Shown one piece after another: positions 5,566 to 11,574 of a stretch of 11,636 bases of DNA (positions are counted from its first letter, which is position 1; every line of letters starts with the position of its first letter). The notes beneath the pieces were generated by a model, which saw nothing but the letters and a program-made list of their open reading frames with translations, had not been told where the DNA came from and did no database searches. The DNA comes from a virus. The stretch lies in the IMG/VR virus record IMGVR_UViG_3300045988_002517. One strand, given 5' to 3'. Both the position numbers and the translations under genes were made by a program.

Positions 5566-5602
5566 CGGTTTGGTGCAAATTTCGTGCCAAACCGACCGTT
5601 TT
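5566..5602 (+). terminator. Intergenic hairpin after the packaging ATPase (11-bp stem including two G-U pairs, 7-nt loop), short T-run
   Basis: CGGTTTGGTGC-AAATTTC-GTGCCAAACCG, then ACCGTTTT. It separates the replication/packaging block from the late block. Confidence 0.45.
5574..5589 (-). promoter_or_regulatory. Perfect sigma-54-type consensus on the minus strand inside the same palindrome
   Basis: The reverse complement of 5574-5589 is TGGCACGAAATTTGCA, which fits TGGCAC-N5-TTGC-A. It faces leftward, antisense to the ATPase gene. Confidence 0.3.
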
Positions 5603-5616
5603 ACGAAATAAATGCC

Positions 5617-5624
5617 TATCTTTG
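5617..5624 (+). promoter_or_regulatory. Bacteroidota-type -7 box (TATCTTTG) for the late operon
   Basis: Second exact copy of TATCTTTGCA, with the same AAATG-N2-3 context as at 337. It lies 26 nt upstream of ATG 5650. Confidence 0.55.
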
Positions 5625-5649
5625 CAAGTAGTAACTAAATTATAACGAT

Positions 5650-5856
5650 ATGGACGCAAATACTATTATTCAAATCATTTCAAGTTTGGGTTTTCCGATT
5701 GTGATGTGCGGCGCATTGTTTTGGTATATGGTGAAACAAAGGCAGACGCACCAAGAAGAAACGGAACACCTAAAAGATACGATTGCGGAAAATACGAAAG
5801 TGTTAGCCGAATTAACAACGCTTATTAAAGTTTTGACCGATGAGAAAGAAAGATAA
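5650..5856 (+). CDS. Small single-pass membrane protein, YvrJ-like; holin candidate (68 aa)
   Basis: One N-terminal transmembrane helix (IISSLGFPIVMCGALFWYMV) is followed by a charged coiled-coil tail. The GFP-plus-helix pattern resembles the YvrJ family as I recall it. It is the first gene of the late block. Confidence 0.5.
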   Translation: MDANTIIQIISSLGFPIVMCGALFWYMVKQRQTHQEETEHLKDTIAENTKVLAELTTLIKVLTDEKER

Positions 5857-6958
5857 CATTTACAAGTTGTACCAAGCGCAAATAAGGGACAAAGACACCG
5901 CCGTAACCGAATTTATTGCAAACACGTTGGCGAAAACTCAAAGTATGTTTGAATATGAGGGTTTGCCCGACAGCATACCGCAAAAGGAATTGGAGCGGCT
6001 TTTGCAGACAACGGGCAACGCCTTTGTTACCAGCGTGGACGGCGTTTTGTATGCGCTTTCGGGCGGCAAAGGCGGCGAACCCGATGTTTACGGACGGGCA
6101 ACGCTTTACACCGTGGCGAACCCTGCAATAAAGTTAAACAAAACCTACGATATTCAGAAAGACGGGGTTTTGATTGAGAATGACAGCAACGGCGAAAGCC
6201 TTTTGCCGCTTATTGGGCGTTATGCGGTTTTATATACTGACGGGCTTATTTCGTTGAACACCGCCAGCATTTTAACCCGTATTACGATGCTTATAAGTGC
6301 ATCCGATGACAAGACAAAACAGAGTGCCGATGAGTTTTTGCGAAAGATACAAGACGGCGAGTTTTCAATTATCGGGGAAAACGCTTTTTTCAAGGGCGTA
6401 AATATGCAGACAGCACCGACCACAAACAGCGTGTATATTACGCAACTTATTGAGTTGGTGCAATACTACAAAGCCAGTATGTACAACGAATTGGGGTTAA
6501 ACGCAAATTATAATATGAAGCGTGAACGGCTCAATTTGGGCGAGGTATCAATGAATGTGGACGTACTTTTGCCGTATGTGGATAATATGCTAAAAGAAAG
6601 ACAAAATGCAGTTGAGAAAATTAACGAAATGTTCGATACCGAAATTTCGGTTAAACTTGCTTCAAGTTGGGGTTTGGAACGGGATAATTACAACGCTTTG
6701 GCGGCTGATTTGGAAACGGCAAAGGAAAACCCCGACCCGACAGACGAACCCGACCCGACAGAGGAAACAACCGAAACAGACGGAAACGGAACGGAAACAG
6801 ACGGAAACGGAACGGAAACAGACGGGAACGATACCGAAACAGAGGAAACAGAAGAAACGAAAGAAACGGAAACGGAAACGGAAACGGACGGTAACGATAC
6901 CGAAACAGAGGAAACAGAAGAAACAGAAGAAAACGAAGAAAACAACGATAAACAATGA
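5840..6958 (+). CDS. Portal / upper collar connector protein, phi29 gp10 type, with an acidic repeat C-terminal extension (372 aa)
   Basis: By-eye alignment to phi29 gp10 gives four matches. MRKKDNIYK matches MARKRSNTYR. FEYEGLPDSIPQKELERLL matches FEWENLPPTINPSFLEKSI. GEPDVYGRATLYTVANP matches GQRDVYNQATVFRAANP. MKRERLNLGEV...AVEKINEMF matches EKKERMVTDEV...ACEKINELY. Confidence 0.9.
   Translation: MRKKDNIYKLYQAQIRDKDTAVTEFIANTLAKTQSMFEYEGLPDSIPQKELERLLQTTGNAFVTSVDGVLYALSGGKGGEPDVYGRATLYTVANPAIKLNKTYDIQKDGVLIENDSNGESLLPLIGRYAVLYTDGLISLNTASILTRITMLISASDDKTKQSADEFLRKIQDGEFSIIGENAFFKGVNMQTAPTTNSVYITQLIELVQYYKASMYNELGLNANYNMKRERLNLGEVSMNVDVLLPYVDNMLKERQNAVEKINEMFDTEISVKLASSWGLERDNYNALAADLETAKENPDPTDEPDPTEETTETDGNGTETDGNGTETDGNDTETEETEETKETETETETDGNDTETEETEETEENEENNDKQ
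6773..6924 (+). repeat. Nested in-frame tandem repeats in the portal 3' region
   Basis: The 21-bp unit GAAACAGACGGAAACGGAACG occurs twice exactly (6773-6793, 6794-6814), with a diverged third copy (6815-6835); each encodes TETDGNG or TETDGND. A 38-nt repeat GACGG(G/T)AACGATACCGAAACAGAGGAAACAGAAGAAAC lies at 6821-6858 and 6887-6924. Confidence 0.9.
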
Positions 6959-7527
6959 AATACAGCGAACTATTTACAAAGGGTAACGGGATATTTGCAA
7001 CGGTTTTCAAAACTGAATACCCGACAGAGTACGCCGCAATTTTCGGCGATACCGACCCGACCAAGTTAGACGCTTACGCCTTACTGATGTACGGCGGCAA
7101 GACCGTTGTAAACAGCATAACCAGCGACAACGCAAGTGATGTTGTTTCGGCGGTGATTGCGGTAAACGTGCAAGGCTGGGAACGTGAAGCGGCGGCGATG
7201 TTAGCCGACTACGATGTACTGACACCCGTAACGGGGCAAATTGAACGGACGGAAACGGTTACTTTGCAGGAAAGCACGGACAACACCGAAACGGGCGCAA
7301 ACAAGGCTTTCAACGACACCGACTTTTCAGACAGCGACCGAAAGACCGCCAACGATGAGAGAAACCGCACAGAAAGCCGCAAAACGACCGAAACAAGCAA
7401 AGGAACGGGCGCAAGCAAATCAATTTCGGGCGAAATTGCAAAAGAATTGCGGTTAAGGCGTGATAATTGGAGAAAAAACATTATCTTTGCACTTGTAAGC
7501 GAGATTACAACGAGTGTTTACGAATAA
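6955..7527 (+). CDS. Structural or assembly protein of unknown role (head-tail adaptor/lower-collar position, or scaffold), 190 aa
   Basis: Translationally coupled to the portal (ATGA at 6955-6958), and located between the portal and capsid genes. It has a polar, disordered-looking centre (TETVTLQESTDNTETG...RTESRKTTETSKGTG). No motif recognised. Confidence 0.35.
   Translation: MKYSELFTKGNGIFATVFKTEYPTEYAAIFGDTDPTKLDAYALLMYGGKTVVNSITSDNASDVVSAVIAVNVQGWEREAAAMLADYDVLTPVTGQIERTETVTLQESTDNTETGANKAFNDTDFSDSDRKTANDERNRTESRKTTETSKGTGASKSISGEIAKELRLRRDNWRKNIIFALVSEITTSVYE
7482..7489 (+). promoter_or_regulatory. Internal -7 box (TATCTTTG) upstream of the capsid gene, inside the 190-aa ORF
   Basis: Third exact copy of TATCTTTGCA, 60 nt upstream of ATG 7549. 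Confidence 0.45.
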
Positions 7528-7548
7528 CTAATTTTAATTTTTAGCAAT

Positions 7549-8736
7549 ATGGAAGTAAAACAGATTTACACGCTTATTAACAGCGTATCGGGTGAAGTGT
7601 TGGGGCGTACTGACATTGTAACCGAGGATTTGACGGGCATTGTGGATTTAGGCACGGAAGTGTTTAACCAAAATGCGGTTGACAATTACGTGAAGTCACT
7701 TGTAAATCATATCGGCAAAGTGATTTTCGTAAACCGACCTTATGCGGGCAAAGTGCCGAGCGTTCTAATGGATGCGTGGGAGTTTGGCAGCGTGTTGGAA
7801 AAAATAAGTGCCGATGTTCCCGAAGCCGAGGTAAACGACACGTGGAACTTGACGGACGGACAGAGTTACGACCAAGATGTATTTCACAAACCGACCGTTA
7901 CCGCAAAGTTTTTCAACTCAAAGGTTACGTTTGAAGTGCCCGTATCAATCACGGAAAGGCAGGTCAAGGAAAGTTTCAGTAACGCCGCCCAACTTAACGG
8001 CTTTATTTCGATGATTTATACATCCGTTGAAAAGAGTATGACTATCAAGGCAGACGCTTTGATTATGCATACAATTAACAACATGATTGCGGAAACCGTG
8101 TTAGCTGATGCGCAAGTGTTTGGAGCAACGGAGGCAGGCGATATGGCAGGAGCAGACCTTGCAAGCGCAAGTACTGCAAGATGTGTGAACCTTTTGAAGT
8201 TGTACAACGATAAAACGGGCGCAAGTCTTACCGCTGCAAAGGCGATAACCGACCCCGATTTTATCCGCTTTGCGTCTTACGTAATGGGTACGTATGCCGA
8301 CCGCCTGCAAAGCATTTCGACCGTGTTCAATGTTGGCGGCAAGGAACGGTTTACGCCGAAAGATATGTTACACGTTGTACTTTTGTCCGACTTTGCAAAG
8401 GCAGCGCAAACCTATCTTTATTCCGACACGTTCAACCGTGGCGATGTGCTTTTGCCGCAAGCCGAAACCGTACCTTTTTGGCAGGGTAGCGGAAAGAACT
8501 ACGAGTTTGCCAACACGGGGCATATCAATGTTAAGGAAAGCGGCGGCAAAGCCGTTAAAATTTCGGGCGTGTTGGGCGTAATGTTCGACCGTGATGCGTT
8601 GGGCGTTTGCAATCTTGACAGACGAGTAACAACGAACTACAACGCAAAGGCAGAGTTTTTCAACAACTATTACAAGTTTGACGCTGGATATTTCAACGAC
8701 ACAAACGAAAACTTTGTAGTATTCTTTATTGAGTAA
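7549..8736 (+). CDS. Major capsid protein (395 aa)
   Basis: Large late ORF with its own promoter box, followed by the strongest terminator in the genome. The N-terminal segment NYVKSLVNHIGKVIFVNR resembles FITSLVDRIGLVVIRQ of phi29 gp8 as I recall it. Its position next to the portal module fits. Confidence 0.75.
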   Translation: MEVKQIYTLINSVSGEVLGRTDIVTEDLTGIVDLGTEVFNQNAVDNYVKSLVNHIGKVIFVNRPYAGKVPSVLMDAWEFGSVLEKISADVPEAEVNDTWNLTDGQSYDQDVFHKPTVTAKFFNSKVTFEVPVSITERQVKESFSNAAQLNGFISMIYTSVEKSMTIKADALIMHTINNMIAETVLADAQVFGATEAGDMAGADLASASTARCVNLLKLYNDKTGASLTAAKAITDPDFIRFASYVMGTYADRLQSISTVFNVGGKERFTPKDMLHVVLLSDFAKAAQTYLYSDTFNRGDVLLPQAETVPFWQGSGKNYEFANTGHINVKESGGKAVKISGVLGVMFDRDALGVCNLDRRVTTNYNAKAEFFNNYYKFDAGYFNDTNENFVVFFIE

Positions 8737-8757
8737 CTCAATAGGTATTAGATTGTT

Positions 8758-8765
8758 TAACTTTG
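8758..8765 (+). promoter_or_regulatory. -7 box (TAACTTTG) for the tail genes, abutting the capsid terminator
   Basis: Second exact copy of TGTTTAACTTTG (8754-8765), 51 nt upstream of ATG 8816. Confidence 0.45.
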
Positions 8766-8808
8766 GGCGGTGTGGGTGCAGGTGAAGCGCACCGCACCGC
8801 CTTTTTCT
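8766..8808 (+). terminator. Strong intrinsic terminator after the capsid gene
   Basis: GC-rich hairpin GGCGGTGTGGGTGC-AGGTGAA-GCGCACCGCACCGCC (about 14 bp with one bulge), followed directly by TTTTTCTT. Confidence 0.85.
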
Positions 8809-8815
8809 TACCGAT

Positions 8816-9268
8816 ATGACAACGATAAACTTTTATTCATACAACGGACACCCGAACACGGTAAACAAGCAGTTGGGCGAATTTACGGCGATTGAGGGCG
8901 ATTTGCGGCAAACTTTCGATGTGTTGCGCCCGACCGTAACACTACGAAAGCAGCCACGCCCGACTTTCAATTATTGTTATATACCCGATTTGGGGCGTTA
9001 TTATTTCGTGGAAAGGGTAAGTTTTGAGGGAAACAACGCCTACGAACTTACGTTGCGTGTTGACGTGCTTAAAACCTACGAAAGCGAAATTTTGGCGGCA
9101 ACGGGGCGTGTATCTGAAAGCGACAACCCCGACCCGTATATTTCAAACCGTGATACGGTTTACAAGCGCACCCCGAATTTCGAGAAAGTGCCGTTTGCAA
9201 ATACGGGCTTACTGAATGAAACGGGCGGTATTATCATGGTAACATTAAAAGGAACAACCGAAAATTAA
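8816..9268 (+). CDS. Tail-knob (phi29 gp9-type) N-terminal domain encoded as a separate 150-aa ORF
   Basis: FNYCYIPDLGRYYFVERVSFEGNNAYELTLRVDVLKTY aligns by eye with the gp9 segment [42 protein letters not shown]. The ORF ends at TAA 9266-9268. Confidence 0.65.
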   Translation: MTTINFYSYNGHPNTVNKQLGEFTAIEGDLRQTFDVLRPTVTLRKQPRPTFNYCYIPDLGRYYFVERVSFEGNNAYELTLRVDVLKTYESEILAATGRVSESDNPDPYISNRDTVYKRTPNFEKVPFANTGLLNETGGIIMVTLKGTTEN

Positions 9269-9274
9269 AAGAGT

Positions 9275-10858
9275 ATGGCAGTAATTGTAAATATACCCAA
9301 TGCACACGATGATAACAGCCAATGGAACGAAAGCGGCGGTTATTGGGATATAAACGTAAGAACCGATGACGGGTTTGTATTTCAAGGCGATGTTAAGGCG
9401 GTTTATACCAATACAAGCGGCTACCCGAAAAGCGTTGTTTTGGAGCAAAACGGCGCAAAGGTTTGGGCATTTGGTAAGTTGTCCCAAACCAATGCAAAGA
9501 CGAAAATAACTATCACGGGCGAAACAGCCAGCGAGGGAAACCCCGAACTTAACGTTACGAACAACGTACCCAACACGACAGCCACGGGCGAAAAGTTGGG
9601 CAAGACTTCGGCGAGGGTAACACTAACAGCCGATGAGGGTTTTAAGATAACCAGCGCACAAGTAGGATTTAGCAACGGTTACGGCTACCCTGCAAGCGAG
9701 AATATGACAATAAACGAGGGCGGCAAATCTGCAAGTTGGCAAAACGATGATTGCGAACCCGACAAAGGTGTAACGATAAACGGCGAAACGGGCAAATTTA
9801 CAGAAGGGGTAAGCATTGAACCCAACCTTTCAAATTGTCATGCCGACCCACCGTTACCCGAATTTTTGCAATACGGTGAAACGCTTAACGTAACTATCAA
9901 AGCGAATGAAAACACGGCGTTTGACACGGAACAAAGTACGCCTAATTTTTTCTATTACAACGAAACGGGATACCCTACCAAACAAGATTTAACCGTTTCG
10001 GGCGACAAAAAAACGGCAACGGGAAGCATTGTTTTACAAGACGGTTGGCATAACTTTTCTGTAAATGCGCAAGCGTACCCCGTGGCGGTTGTAGGCGAGC
10101 AGTACGGGGCTATAAACGTGTATTTGGTAACACTTGATGAGTTGGCAGAATTTAGCGGCAAACGGTTTTTCAAGGAAACGGGCAGCGACCCCGAAACGGG
10201 CGCAACGCAATACGAAAACATAGATTTGGGCACATACGTGAACAAAATACGCCGTGTTTACACCAACATAGGTGCAAGCAGCACCGATGTAATACGATGC
10301 GGCAACTACAACACGGGTGTATCTTGCCACCAGCCAGCGCAAGACAAAATAACGCTTGACTTTGGCACGGCGGTAGTACCAGCGCACAATGAGGACAACA
10401 CCGACTACGAAAGCGAAATACAAATCTTTTTGCCGTTTGCAGGCTTTGTAAACCTCAATGCCGATTATGCAGGCAAAACGATAGCTTTGCAGTACGTTAT
10501 AAACGTGGTAACGGGCAACGGGGTTGCGCTTTTGTCCTGCAACGGCGTTGTGTTCCAGGTTGAGGAAACAGAACCGAGCAGCGAAATAATATACCTTTCG
10601 CCAAGCACCCAAGTTAAAACCGTGGGCGGCGATGATTGGAACGAAATGTTATATTACGGGTTAGAACCTTACATTTATTGCAAGTGGTACGAGAGCGCAA
10701 GCAACGGGCGAAACAATGACAGACAAACGGGCATTTTAGGCGATTTCAGAGGGTTTAATGTGTTCGATGATGTTACACCCATACACACCGCCGAAATGCT
10801 GACAGAGGAACAAGAAATGATATACACGGCTTTGTCTGACGGCGTTTATATTGAGTAA
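9275..10858 (+). CDS. Tail protein: three-repeat putative receptor-binding region fused to the gp9-type tail-knob C-terminal region (527 aa)
   Basis: The C-terminal half matches gp9 in two places. [26 protein letters not shown] matches [33 protein letters not shown]...[17 protein letters not shown] matches AFNYVQTKD...NNDLQEIRTIFDNGITL. The N-terminal half has three GYP-centred repeats. It is in the same reading frame as 8816..9268. Confidence 0.7.
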   Translation: [527 protein letters not shown]

Positions 10859-10872
10859 CTGCAAGGCAGGAC

Positions 10873-10913
10873 AAAAAGAAAGGCGGCAACTTGATTGTTA
10901 CCGCCTTTTCTTT
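10873..10913. terminator. Bidirectional intrinsic terminator between the convergent tail gene and the leftward gene
   Basis: Hairpin GGCGGCAAC-TTGATT-GTTACCGCC (one mismatch), flanked by AAAAAGAAA on the left and TTTTCTTT on the right. It therefore reads as stem plus U-tract on both strands. Confidence 0.75.
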
Positions 10914-10930
10914 GTGCCGTGCTTGTTATT

Positions 10931-11302
10931 TCACGTGCTTTGCAAGAATGTCAGCACCCGTTTTTCGTTGTATGTGCTTACGGGATAACACGAACAAAAG
11001 GTTTTGAAACGATTTAACAGCCTTTCAGTTAGTATAAAGTCGTATGCTTGATTTTTGCAAGCCTTTTCTAACTCAAATTTGCCGTTTAACTTTTCAACGA
11101 TTGCGGCGTTATCACGATTGAAATATATTTGATTTTCCAACACGCTAACAACCGTTTCCAATGTTTCGGCAAGGCTTTGTAAGTTGGTACGAATTTCGGG
11201 CGCATTTGCCGCCAAAAACTCAACGTGTTTTTTGCTTGTAAGCAAAGTTTCTTGTAACTGATTTAATACTTTCGCATTTAATGCAAATCTTTCGTTTGTC
11301 AT
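10931..11302 (-). CDS. Hypothetical all-helical 123-aa protein; the only leftward gene (right-end early gene candidate)
   Basis: Intact ORF with its own terminator and upstream region reaching into ITR-R. It has no transmembrane segment and no recognised motif. Confidence 0.7.
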   Translation of the reverse strand: MTNERFALNAKVLNQLQETLLTSKKHVEFLAANAPEIRTNLQSLAETLETVVSVLENQIYFNRDNAAIVEKLNGKFELEKACKNQAYDFILTERLLNRFKTFCSCYPVSTYNEKRVLTFLQST

Positions 11303-11333
11303 AACTCAATATATTTAATTGTTTAACTTGTTG

Positions 11334-11364
11334 CGAAGGTAAGCATTTGTTTTGAACGTGCAAG
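11334..11364 (-). promoter_or_regulatory. Weak candidate promoter for the leftward gene
   Basis: On the minus strand, cTTG (reverse complement of 11361-11364), then a 19-bp spacer, then TACCTTCG (reverse complement of 11334-11341; one mismatch to TAnnTTTG). It lies 32 nt upstream of the ATG. Confidence 0.25.
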
Positions 11365-11399
11365 CGTTTGGCGTGTTATTTTGTGTTAAATTATTCTTT

Positions 11400-11407
11400 T
11401 AACTTTG
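11400..11407 (+). promoter_or_regulatory. Outward-facing -7 box (TAACTTTG) abutting the inner edge of ITR-R
   Basis: Third exact copy of TTTAACTTTG (11398-11407), on the plus strand and pointing at the genome end. The predicted start falls a few nt downstream, at about the ITR boundary (11413). Confidence 0.35.
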
Positions 11408-11414
11408 TTTAACA

Positions 11415-11439
11415 GTGTTCCACGTGAAACAATTTCACG
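11415..11439. promoter_or_regulatory. Mirror copy of the palindromic operator-like element in ITR-R
   Basis: GTGTTCCACGTGAAACAATTTCACG is the reverse complement of 198-222. It lies upstream of the leftward gene 11302..10931. Confidence 0.55.
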
Positions 11440-11452
11440 GGCGCACACGCAT

Positions 11453-11574
11453 AACAAAAACCGTGCCAAAGTCTGTTATCTTTTGTTAAATCTGTGCCTT
11501 AGCAAAAACCGTGCCAAAGTGGGTTGCGAAATGTTAAAAAACGGTAAAGTGGCGACCCAGCAAAAACCGTGCCA
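11453..11574 (-). promoter_or_regulatory. Mirror array of the three sigma-54-like motifs in ITR-R, facing leftward into the genome
   Basis: Reverse complements of 11559-11574, 11501-11516 and 11453-11468 give TGGCACGGTTTTTGCT twice and TGGCACGGTTTTTGTT once. Confidence 0.4.

Noticed and set aside
6606-7064. Several long ORFs in alternative frames on both strands over the portal 3' repeat (for example 6606..6986 plus strand; 6651..7064, 6662..6955 and 6688..6945 minus strand)
   Set aside because: These are low-complexity artefacts of the GAAAC/GGAAAC repeats, which lack stop codons in most frames. The portal frame is supported by homology upstream and by ATGA coupling to the next gene.
10034-10612. 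192-aa minus-strand ORF inside the tail gene, and other internal antisense or alternative-frame ORFs (1536..1934, 3717..4073, 8294..8581, 9024..9215 and others)
   Set aside because: All are fully embedded in longer ORFs that carry recognisable family motifs. I saw no independent start signals and no motif content.
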